Source of the DNA: Elusimicrobiota bacterium | GTDB lineage: Bacteria; Elusimicrobiota; Elusimicrobia; F11 | Assembly (NCBI GenBank): GCA_046153645.1 | Contig: JBJXGI010000048.1 | Span: 1-21,909 of the forward strand | DNA: 21,909 bases | Direction: 5' to 3' | Shown here: positions 9,201-15,712 of the stretch, piece by piece | How the letters are laid out: each line of letters begins with the position of its first letter | Numbering within the stretch: the stretch's first letter is position 1 | Position numbers and translations under genes: made by a program | The notes under the pieces: model-generated | Databases searched by the model: none | Seen by the model: only the letters and a program-made list of their open reading frames with translations | What the model was told of the DNA's origin: nothing

Positions 9201-10654
9201 ATAGCAGTCGCGTGGAATCCCCCCACCACAAAAACACCGATACCCGAAGACTGTGTTTGATTGATTTTCTTGAGATAGTTTTCAACCATCACATTATCTC
9301 GTTTTCGCGCGGTCGAATAAAAAGATTCAAATGAATTCAAATGTTCACAAACAGAAAGGATGCTCAATTTTTTAAGATGAAGATAATCATCCCACTCATC
9401 AGATGAAAGAGAAAAAGTCAAAAGTTTTTTTCCGTAACGAATGAGTTTTAACTGGTTTATTATTTTCTCATCCTTGGGAGAGCGGCTTAAATGGAGATAA
9501 ATTCTTTCTTCAATTGATTTAATTTCTTTAAAGATAACTTCCCCATCAATAGCATCAGATAAATTAATGTACTCAATATATTCTGTTAAAGCGGGATATT
9601 GATCCATCCGAACACCCTGACGTGAAACAACATGAGAAAGAGTGGAATAAAAATCTTGAATTCGAATCATTGACATTCGATAAGCCCATGCTTTTTCAAC
9701 TAAAGATTGCGTTTCAACAGGAGTTAGTTTTGAAGACAAAATATTAATTAATGAAGCTCGTTCTTGTTCCACACGCTTAAAATTAATTGATTTTTCCAAT
9801 TGAACCGCCCGCAGAAATAACTTTAATGGAGAAGAGAGTCCCTTATACTGAGAAAGCTTATTAAGGTAAGTTTCCAATTGAACTTTTTTCTGGTCGTATT
9901 CTCGGACCAACGAATCAAATGCAACCAATTCTGGACTTAAGGTATTCTGAGCTATTTGCATCGTTTCTATTTCTTGCTTCAAAAGATGGGCTTGATTCGA
10001 ATGAACAAAAGACTCTGAAGCACGGTAGGCATTAATATTTTCTAAATAAAGATCGGGCTCTTCAACACCAAAAATAAGAGGAGGAGTCGAGACATTAATT
10101 AAAGAAGAGTGAACAGCACCAGAAATTTTATTTGTTTCTAGCAGAAAATGGGCGACACTCTCAAGAGTATCAGGAAGTATATTGTTTCTATAAGATTCCA
10201 ATTGAATTGTACCGGATAAACCTTCCATGGCAACGTAATCCAATTTCTGTTTTCTATAAAGATGAGTTAACAAAGCCGAAATATTAGATTGTGCTTCTTG
10301 ATTCATATGAATATCATGAACAAGAATGACCATTTTTTTCGGATTGATTTTGAGAGGCGCAACAGCTCTTATTGAACCCAAACGAGCAGGTAAATTGTTA
10401 ATAATGTCTAGGGTCGAATTTTTATTCTTTGAAGACTTAGATTCAAAAGGATTCAAAAAAATACTGGATTGAACTCGATCAGAAAGACGCACATCTGCAG
10501 AAGTGGGAAGTTGAGGAAGAAGAGAGACCAATTGCGTTGACTTTTGTCTCTCTTTCCAAATACTTGTTTCATATGAATGTGCAAAAAAGCTATTCGTTGT
10601 TAGAATAGAAACACAAATCATCCACGAAATAGTTTTTTTAAAATGGAGACGCAT
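251..10654 (-). CDS. Giant 3467-aa multidomain exported/membrane protein: conserved N-terminal domain, SdiA-regulated/YjiK-like beta-propeller repeats, PKD/Ig-like domains, TM segments
   Basis: Uninterrupted 10.4-kb ORF with an N-terminal basic+hydrophobic leader. aa 108-537 are colinear with the neighbouring 1618-aa ORF. Repeats such as SGLT...ILQIDTNGNLLREINVSG...DPEDI and GTLYATDGQT...NPDG.LIR.I.I.GL..P.GI are present, as are several hydrophobic stretches near the C-terminus. Confidence 0.9.
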   Translation of the reverse strand: MRLHFKKTISWMICVSILTTNSFFAHSYETSIWKERQKSTQLVSLLPQLPTSADVRLSDRVQSSIFLNPFESKSSKNKNSTLDIINNLPARLGSIRAVAPLKINPKKMVILVHDIHMNQEAQSNISALLTHLYRKQKLDYVAMEGLSGTIQLESYRNNILPDTLESVAHFLLETNKISGAVHSSLINVSTPPLIFGVEEPDLYLENINAYRASESFVHSNQAHLLKQEIETMQIAQNTLSPELVAFDSLVREYDQKKVQLETYLNKLSQYKGLSSPLKLFLRAVQLEKSINFKRVEQERASLINILSSKLTPVETQSLVEKAWAYRMSMIRIQDFYSTLSHVVSRQGVRMDQYPALTEYIEYINLSDAIDGEVIFKEIKSIEERIYLHLSRSPKDEKIINQLKLIRYGKKLLTFSLSSDEWDDYLHLKKLSILSVCEHLNSFESFYSTARKRDNVMVENYLKKINQTQSSGIGVFVVGGFHATAIKARLAQAGISTVSFVPKITKVNDMTGHDYLSVFTQEKTPLEKLVMGEKLFLAPNPSQGLGLVAFLSKIVEKARAQFKKEPESQLLLLKSILQANSGEGIIAEVQLERAVKRKNNIKPLNLGEPAPKIKSMESSVAEKKTLYDWFILFLKKFRSESVKEIIVDGSGTGLSPVEFANRKFPEFDLGHSLYLEDIIVTPTPQPVTSSYFGFNTIGKWFKLLKKKISAITFPKNLLPPLNVVELEVRTALSGSPAVTGLPQMVHLGIENVALVSQLNLFPSVPTVESSTHLLLNSPENTLAGHIFNQEIGKDFPFTQTSNFGKYSGLTNNRINNTFFITESRADKILQIDTNGNLLREINVSGLKRNDPLITRADPEDIIWMYGDTYAVVLNQGKELAVFKIPPGSESVSISRSDAIVYSLEGDPVGLTYISSKNTFYYVSDGTKQKIFEIKLNSNSLISEKLAEIDISALMQLGERVKAVAYFPLLSPHLFVLTNLSVKEINPGLAPIVFSEFSLADRGIPDPSALTFGIDGRMYILGKTVGGGVQENDFNVFAPDPIIPLTPPVANLGGPYVALDRDDNRVEPVSLNTNNTYDPYGALLEWSIYVGGQLVDQGIGEPGVSLKAPFNFPIGETSVRLSVRGNGGSNEAVTIVRVKDLASNPPPIARVSIPSFVEANVNGRAVVTINNYDGTFIPAGENALYVWTDNNIEIYRGTIPPPTLTLNGVGVHQLKLKIISTDSDGIEQTDETQELPVQVRFFSGVLSGIHYTQKLGGDLLFKSIIGNLSSVATTGRGTLYATDGQTNVLYEMNPDGTLIRTIHIPGLIDPQGIVVMGSENGIDRVAIVTKEKGVSALLTIIDIPLGNENIIVSVNPGQTYGVSGNPVGITYSIDEDVFYVVTEPSRNNPDARVIKLKVVPGAPRLLQLNQVNLAQLGIVNPADILYAPGLSSNNQDQQTLFILTSDGFIHELNLQDLNNLKEIGQPMKLPSRITRASGLAVDTRGNIYLVNKGTLGLTDDDFSVLSPDRNLAIPQPAVGAPIPGEQFRGELSGVGYSQVIGTDFPVEIRTVPGKVTTSRGTVYAMDGERILELDASGGVIRTIQVNGLVDAQGVVGISEINGVEFISVVIKGQAANGAVPAVPAKLARIEIPRGTGSTTISLDTTQVKGITGNPIGVKIGGLFTEVNDYPYTASVSGLAATTRGTLYATDGQTGRVLELNRDGTLRRVITIPGLVNPQGIVVMGSQNGADRIAIVTKEKGVEATLVMVNIPMGVEDITVSLTSLYTVPGNPVGVAYSKTEDVFYIVTEPSVNNPDAQVLKIKIIDGVRPALVLTRVNLSSLGISDPADILYAPGLSADNRDHQRLYVVRAADQSIWELNLLDPANPKLVGEMTLPTRVTKPAGVAIDEAGNLYLSNKGTFGLGDDGFTVYRPDRPLQIPQTPVGAPIPGEQFRGELSGVTYTQQLGLNLPFKNSIGSLSSITSTGRGTLYATDGQTNVIYEINPDGILIRIINIFGLTNPEGIIFMGENNGSDRIAIVTKEKGASATLTLLDIPKGKNNITVPLNPAQTYPISGNPVGVTYSGDENVFYVVTEPSLNNPEAQVFKFKIIYGLSDLIELNRVSLSSLGITNPTDILYAPGLSDRHQDQGTLFVLTADGFIHELNLQDPTHPKEVGEPMKLPGRITRASALAVDAKGNMYLVNKGTFGLSDDDFAVLSPDQDLRIPEVISISPIPTSPRETRGSIDRNRGFLYGYSFNDPNTKLTTRVQFVYDSFQQLFSKVTTLFAKSGEKIFHEIIYYKYINGQLIGFDGHRFENGKDIEIKGLFSGRDQLGRPTFLEIRNAQGDEVIELIQISYRDNDRSGNEVLIRELIFRPRLINGNLIRPYELIEKNFSPTEIRTYLNSGVLNPEARVPIEIQTFIFNKRGEPIDVFRLAIEIKPFSGSFDRTFSDVDLGGASTYKSGNIGDSSKLGAGGIVPLPLVDGKIVRVNPGGGFFLYSLPSSNDRVTVELFLKLIDFMSRLQKILSSLKIPEIQLPRLHLELVPRIEVLAPFEVFMVEPPIPSQQEVSTSQLSIRVDEEVAVFLDGFLEFIKKSAPYLTGIFFYLFWLNVIFPLVKEKIENQKKVLEQPQLQNKLPDNEKSKGHWELLQKNGTEIFARGLMLSIFSAIVFWIVYALKIPVGSVDFLFKAIIAFIISFLGYYIYLQLLDLLPKRKYKYNFSPDLFPVSALSPVSEALKEPGAGTAHENNDSQTANHQYPFGVKVVAKTVPGEASRIEKIIYLNFPEGYEKHVQFQYHGPNNPYAGLVRRVTVTRMDFRTGEISKVSFRVEKDKSGRIVARVERKKSSIVGRFESSNVHGEMYRLFIWPRRTPNSEQDLLAIVRIFEPVQGIVQFHVYSPQDIDGEKFSPYELINRDTSPSFVGNIEARTNDHSFFRRVLNRSVRKIDALDKGLEEIYYGGSDLLGRDGWIVETNQMMFNPTMELNQVVGFVTFITYPSDNLGIESVETVYKLPIMGAPSFWRDEFKGYSIDELKSALIESHMHPFSERGYGKSIDSKNPLARPLLYERSWRLHPDGSLAGEEKVENYNLEVETVDYQDSVDDQDEDPVDNIQASPQLEQNVNTIPPVPHQDKKMWKKTFFFMSVGFGSFMILRSSFLTSNKSILVLSIVLFVTSLIFLKRFWKIFIVFILLSFPFSAARASEVFYSPLTFKDNFEYIKKGIDQMNLSGKSSGIIDLDIQIKINEVSSLLVKFIDKSNNNELDLKAINLILKKEQSLGVGSMDRGYLNVENKSDRFILEQAIARLSQSRGIGHLDSYDLQKSLLAFLVHPVDISIPKLTPSGRILPVSFEDKNFIEHFLVEFPNEKLVLIIGDKDKDAQKIFDGINKKYKNRIHLVQSNNSLYSHHVKGRVLNVVPLAEGLSQLSNEEMGYHLEIPCQLFNGPKGYISANPVFNNFRGRMSLIDELRQSLPLRITDLDFIVDIAVVGSTNA
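4844..4894. repeat. 51-bp perfect direct repeat, copy 1 (encodes VGAPIPGEQFRGELSGV)
   Basis: caccccagacaactctcctctaaactgctccccggggatcggcgctcctac, identical to 6059-6109. Confidence 0.9.
6059..6109. repeat. 51-bp perfect direct repeat, copy 2
   Basis: Identical to 4844-4894. Confidence 0.9.
6950..7525 (-). other. Two PKD/Ig-like domains within the giant protein
   Basis: PPVANLGGPY...VSLNTNNTYDPYG.L.EW...FPIGETSVRLSV and PPIARVSIP...YVWTDN...GVGVHQLKLKI follow the PKD-type pattern (PVA.AG, SxDPDG, YxW, GxHxVxLxV). Confidence 0.6.
7530..8310 (-). other. Divergent SdiA-regulated/YjiK-like beta-propeller domain within the giant protein
   Basis: YSGLTNNRINNTFFITE...ILQIDTNGNLLREINVSG...DPEDIIWMYGDTYAVV...DPSALTFGIDGRMYIL resembles the YjiK/SdiA-regulated family pattern. 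Confidence 0.65.
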
Positions 10655-10745
10655 AATAAAACATTTTACTGAAACGACCTTAACTTTCCCTTAAGATCAT
10701 GTAAAAAGTAAAAGTGGTTGTTTACACAATTGTTACAACCTCGTT

Positions 10746-13700
10746 TTAAGCACTTTGGTGAACCCGCTTCATATGGTTTAAACGCCCTCTTAGAACATTT
10801 AAAAACGTTTTAATTGCTTCAAATTGCTCATTTAATGCGATCAATTGCCCTAACTGGAGGTTTGGGGCACCACTCCAATCCACAGGTAGGCCTTCTCTTT
10901 TGACCAGGACAATCTGATGATCTTCATACCCTTGTTTTTTAAGAATTGTCTCAATAGCACCCATAACCAATGTTGTTTCACCCGATTTTGAGGTTGATAA
11001 CGGAACGGTATCGAAAATGATGCCGCCCGGTGAAGTAAACCACCATTGAATATTTTTGTTAAGATTTTCTTCCTTGAGAACAACAAGAACGGGGGTTTTC
11101 CCGGCCAATTTTGTAACCCGAAAAAGATTTTTAAGAGAGGAAATATCTTCAGTGGGATCTAACTTCTTATCAACCACAACCACAAAAACTTTTTTCTCAG
11201 TCAAAGACTCAATATCCTGGTTTAGGGGCATGGAATGCCAAATTGGTGGCATCAATTGAGGAGGCTGAAAATAACGTTTGCCTGGGGGTTTTCGAAAATG
11301 AAAAGCCACCCGGCGAAGAAAATTCAGCGCAGCGATGACAGTGTAATCTCTTCGATCATGAATACTGTTGTTTAATTCTTTTCCCAAACGGTCAACCTCT
11401 TCAGAAATCAACCAGAAATTGGGATTGGGAAACAATGAAAGCATATAAAGAATCAAATCTCCTGGACTGGAGCGGGCACCACGTTTATCACGTGACCAGG
11501 TATGAAATTTAACAGAATGCCAACCTGCCTTATCGTCATTTTTATTGCCTCTCCAAATGGGAAACCGACGCCGAATGCGCTTCCACGCTTCTAGAAACGC
11601 GTTGAGGCCAGGACCATTGCGATCAACATTTTCAATAACATGATGCTTATCTTCTTTACCGCGGTTCCAAACAAAGCCAGCACCCGCCGATTGAAGGAGA
11701 TGCTGTATATCAGACTCAGGAGTATCCATTCGCGAAAGGTAAGGCTCAACATCCAACGGAAAACGAATAATAAAAACACCCCGTGTTTTTCCGGATTCCT
11801 TTAATAACTTCTCGTCCTGGTTTGGAACACGCTGAACATAAGCCTGCCCCGTGGCTTCTCCAACGATTTGATGCGCGATAGAAAGACCAAATCCACTTGA
11901 ATCTCCTCCACTCACATTGGAGAGCCAAAGTGAATCGGCTTCATCGGGATCATCAGAAAGAAGCGTTGATTTAAATCCTTCACCGTCATCTTCAACGGTA
12001 ATGACACACTCAAGACCAACCCTTTCTATCGTTACCTTCACTTTTGTATTGACCCGAGCTCCATGTTTCTGCGCGTTTCGAAACAAATTGTCGAAGACGC
12101 GTAACAAATGGTCATAGTCGCCAATAATAATAGAGGAACCCTCGACTGGCGGAACAATCGTGATTTCTGGAAATCCCCCTAAAAACCGCGCTTTGGCAAA
12201 ATGAATCAACTCAACAATATCAACCGGTTCTGGAACGCCACGGTATGTGCCGTTGAAAATAAATTTTTCTATTGATGCCGCCATGCTCTGACAAAAACGG
12301 AAATTTACCTGAGCCATGTCAAGACTCTCTTTCAACTTGGCCATGTCGTCTATAGGAAAATTTCCTTCTTTTATTGACTCTTCATACCACGCGTAAAGAG
12401 CCGCAATTTGCTTGGAAATATCAGGGTTCTGTAACGCTTCATTTACTTGAATTAATCCATCAGCCATCCTCCCGGCTACGAGCGGAAAATTTGGATGTTT
12501 TTTCTTTACCGCATTCTGAAGGTGGGAAGGAATGCTAAACGCCCTTTCGGCGGCTTGTCGCATTCTGTCAAAATGATCGTTAAGCGCACTTGCGATACTC
12601 ACAATTTCTAGCGGCGCATTAAAATCCTCAAGAATATAAATAATCAATTCGGCCTTAGACAAACACACAGCAATAGGTGTTTTTATGTCATGTTCCATCT
12701 GTTTTCGGTAACGCACTTGACGCACCATTCGATCAGGACTTAAAAGAGCACGAATGAAGTGAAGAAGTTTCTGTTCAGAAGAAAAAACCTTTGGATGCGC
12801 GTGCACACGCATCGGCTCAGAAGGGAATTGCTGTTCAAAAGAATTTTGATGGCCTTTCAATTCGCGGTTTACAATTGTGTCAATATAGGTTTCCCGAGAT
12901 TCAGTTGGGATTGCCAACAATCCTTGTAGCAAAATTCTGTGCACATAAAAAACCGCGGTTCCACCCTCATTGGTGAAAAAAGGAGCCAAGATAAATAAAT
13001 CGGGAGTTGAGATAAGAGATTGCCCGCCAAAAATTTTAACCTCAACATCGGTAAGACCAGAAAGTGGTTTTTCCTTTAACTGAGTTCTAAATGCCTCTTG
13101 AATCTCCTCAACCAATAACTCCAAATCCGCTGTCGTGGTTTTTCCGGTTTTTTTGAGAAGGCCGCTTTTCAGAAGAACTTCCAGTAAAACTATTGGAGTA
13201 ACCCAATCCCACTTGGCTACACTCGTTGAGATATAGGCATTTATTTTTTTCTCATTAATCTTATCTTTAATCTTTCCTTTCAAATTCACAAAAAAAGTTT
13301 TCACTCGTTTCTTTATTTTTCTGGTGAAAGAGTCTCCCAATTGGTACTTAAGCTCTTTTAAAACCGATTTTTTCCTATAAGCAGAAGACTTAAACACCAA
13401 GATAATAAGATCATGGATAGAACCATAATGTAATGCGCCTACCAGCGTCATCCGAGAAAGCCCTGTGGCATTCCAAAGCCGATGAATGGCAGCAGTTAGT
13501 AAAATATCACCGGAAAAAACTGCACCAACATTAAAAAGAATCGTCGCTATAACTCTCTCTATTGTTTCCCTGCGCGTTTGACTGGCATGCCTTTTAATAT
13601 AAGCAATCTGGGCTCGAATAACGATGAGACTGAGCATCGCGATAGCAAAAACAGAAAATGCCATTACAAAAATGGAAAAACTTTCATGCCATTTAACCAG

Positions 13701-15602
13701 ACTCGAAATGGCCGCCGCGATAATAATAGCGGGAACTCGACCTTGCATGAACGAATCCCACCATCCACGACCTTTGGATTTCCATCCAATTTCCTCAGCC
13801 AAAGCATGAAGCCATTCAAGCGGCGCAAAAAACAAACGAACCTTACCAATGGCTCGATCCACTGTAAAAGTGACAACAATGACGGCAAAGCCAATCCCCA
13901 CAAACACCTGCTTCCCAAAATGAAACGTCCATACAGAACGCTTTTGCCTCGTTGTCGGAAGCAGGCGGTTAAATATTTGAGCTGCACCATTCATCCCATT
14001 TTTCGCTTCTATCGCCGTGGCTAAGGAAGGAGCTTTTCCATTGGCAACCACTTCGGAAAACGGCGCCCCCGCTAAAAACAAGCGATCACCTTCAAACAAA
14101 CGGTCAAGAGGTGCTTTCTCTTGGCAAAAGGCACTCAAGTAGGCGGTGCCATTTTCAGTTTCGACTTTCGTTATTTTTGGAACATAAGTAATAGTCGTTA
14201 CTCCAGCCTCCGCCAAGCGCCGATTAATTCCATCAGAGTGGAAACCACCAGTGACAAGAATAACCGTTGATTGTTGGCCCTCAATGAGCCTTAATACATT
14301 ACTTGCCATGGCAACATCACGCGCTTCGGCTTTTCTGTAAAAATCTTCAAACGATGACAAATTGAAACCCTGACTTATTGACAATGTTTTATCTATTTCT
14401 ATTTTGTATTTTGCCCACTCTTGACTGGTTAATGAAAAATCTAATAATTTTCCAATCAAATACAATTGTTCGTTTTCTTGAGCGAGCTGACGTTCTTCCT
14501 TATTTTTAATGAGCGCTGTATAAGCCCGCGCTTGTACACTTTCAATTTCGTCAAAAATTTCTCCAGCATCAACCAATCCAACCAAACCGACATATCGAAA
14601 ATAATCTCGCAGCACAGGGCTCATTTTTTGATTCGCACCTGTTCTCTCAGCTATTTTTTGGACATGGGCATAAAAATTCGCGATGGATAGCTCACCACGA
14701 GAATACGCAACATTCATGGTCATAAACCGCTTGTTTTCTACGGAATCTAACGCTGTAAGCAAACGTACAAAAAAAACATCGCGTTCTTTTTGTACCGCTG
14801 AAAAATCGAGAGTACGTTCTAATTCAATCGCCTCTTTAAACCGTTCCAGTGGGAGAGAATGAGACTTTGTGAAAACCAACAAAAGCGAAACAAAATCGCC
14901 TAATTTCAATTCATTACGGCGATAAGCTTGAACTTTTTGATCTAATTCAAGAAGTTTCGAATTAAAAACAATCAATTTTCGTTTTAAATTTTCATTAAAT
15001 TTCCGCGAGAGATTTTTCTTAATATCTGCGCTCAATAAAATAGAACGACGGTAAGCCTCTATATTAGCTTCATAATTTTTTTCATCATCCACGCCAACAA
15101 CAGGTGGTGTGGGATGAGAATGAGTCAATGCCGCATGAATAGGACCGGAAATATCGTTTATGTTAAGTAGATAATCAGCCATAGAACGTATCGTTTCCGG
15201 GCGCAAGAATTTTTTAAACCGTGAAAGATCGATTTCGTGAAAAGCGCCTTCTAGAGCAATAGCACTGATTCTTTGATGACGAATCATTTCTTGAATGGCG
15301 GCGGCAATATTTTTTTGCGCTTCAAGATTTCGGTGAATGTCTTGAATATGAATGACAACAGGCGCAGACGTGTTTGTTTCTAGGTATTTACTCTTTTTCA
15401 TTCTGACAAAAGCGGAGGATAAAAGTTCAGGATCGACAATCGAGCGAACTGGTGGCAATAAGGGAAGAGCTTGCCTGGTTTGTATTAACTCTCGACGTTC
15501 TTCCCACACGCTGGCCTGTGATAAAGATAGAAATGCCGTGTCATTAATAAAAACATTAACAACCAAAATAGCAGCAACAAATTTTCGAAAATAAAAATAC
15601 AT
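10746..15602 (-). CDS. 1618-aa multidomain protein: conserved N-terminal domain, TM/CPBP-like module, HisKA + HATPase_c histidine kinase
   Basis: Signal-like leader, and aa 82-511 are paralogous to the 3467-aa ORF. Kinase boxes: H-box EHDIKTPI, N-box LLRVFDNLFRNAQKH, G1 VEDDGEGF, G2 SGFGLSIAHQIV. Confidence 0.88.
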   Translation of the reverse strand: MYFYFRKFVAAILVVNVFINDTAFLSLSQASVWEERRELIQTRQALPLLPPVRSIVDPELLSSAFVRMKKSKYLETNTSAPVVIHIQDIHRNLEAQKNIAAAIQEMIRHQRISAIALEGAFHEIDLSRFKKFLRPETIRSMADYLLNINDISGPIHAALTHSHPTPPVVGVDDEKNYEANIEAYRRSILLSADIKKNLSRKFNENLKRKLIVFNSKLLELDQKVQAYRRNELKLGDFVSLLLVFTKSHSLPLERFKEAIELERTLDFSAVQKERDVFFVRLLTALDSVENKRFMTMNVAYSRGELSIANFYAHVQKIAERTGANQKMSPVLRDYFRYVGLVGLVDAGEIFDEIESVQARAYTALIKNKEERQLAQENEQLYLIGKLLDFSLTSQEWAKYKIEIDKTLSISQGFNLSSFEDFYRKAEARDVAMASNVLRLIEGQQSTVILVTGGFHSDGINRRLAEAGVTTITYVPKITKVETENGTAYLSAFCQEKAPLDRLFEGDRLFLAGAPFSEVVANGKAPSLATAIEAKNGMNGAAQIFNRLLPTTRQKRSVWTFHFGKQVFVGIGFAVIVVTFTVDRAIGKVRLFFAPLEWLHALAEEIGWKSKGRGWWDSFMQGRVPAIIIAAAISSLVKWHESFSIFVMAFSVFAIAMLSLIVIRAQIAYIKRHASQTRRETIERVIATILFNVGAVFSGDILLTAAIHRLWNATGLSRMTLVGALHYGSIHDLIILVFKSSAYRKKSVLKELKYQLGDSFTRKIKKRVKTFFVNLKGKIKDKINEKKINAYISTSVAKWDWVTPIVLLEVLLKSGLLKKTGKTTTADLELLVEEIQEAFRTQLKEKPLSGLTDVEVKIFGGQSLISTPDLFILAPFFTNEGGTAVFYVHRILLQGLLAIPTESRETYIDTIVNRELKGHQNSFEQQFPSEPMRVHAHPKVFSSEQKLLHFIRALLSPDRMVRQVRYRKQMEHDIKTPIAVCLSKAELIIYILEDFNAPLEIVSIASALNDHFDRMRQAAERAFSIPSHLQNAVKKKHPNFPLVAGRMADGLIQVNEALQNPDISKQIAALYAWYEESIKEGNFPIDDMAKLKESLDMAQVNFRFCQSMAASIEKFIFNGTYRGVPEPVDIVELIHFAKARFLGGFPEITIVPPVEGSSIIIGDYDHLLRVFDNLFRNAQKHGARVNTKVKVTIERVGLECVITVEDDGEGFKSTLLSDDPDEADSLWLSNVSGGDSSGFGLSIAHQIVGEATGQAYVQRVPNQDEKLLKESGKTRGVFIIRFPLDVEPYLSRMDTPESDIQHLLQSAGAGFVWNRGKEDKHHVIENVDRNGPGLNAFLEAWKRIRRRFPIWRGNKNDDKAGWHSVKFHTWSRDKRGARSSPGDLILYMLSLFPNPNFWLISEEVDRLGKELNNSIHDRRDYTVIAALNFLRRVAFHFRKPPGKRYFQPPQLMPPIWHSMPLNQDIESLTEKKVFVVVVDKKLDPTEDISSLKNLFRVTKLAGKTPVLVVLKEENLNKNIQWWFTSPGGIIFDTVPLSTSKSGETTLVMGAIETILKKQGYEDHQIVLVKREGLPVDWSGAPNLQLGQLIALNEQFEAIKTFLNVLRGRLNHMKRVHQSA

Positions 15603-15712
15603 TTGAAAAATATTTTAATTGTGCCACATTGCCGCGCTGTGACATTTGAGTTATCTTTTACGGTAATTTTGTAAACGAGATGTAAAAAGTGTTTTTAGGA
15701 CTTTTCGGAAAT

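Noticed and set aside
12845..12885. IVNRELKGH as a zincin HExxH site
   Set aside because: The first His is absent and the spacing is off.
1354..15594. Numerous short ORFs (60-148 aa) antisense or out of frame within the two giant genes
   Set aside because: Fully nested in long, motif-bearing ORFs, with no recognisable domains; consistent with shadow ORFs.
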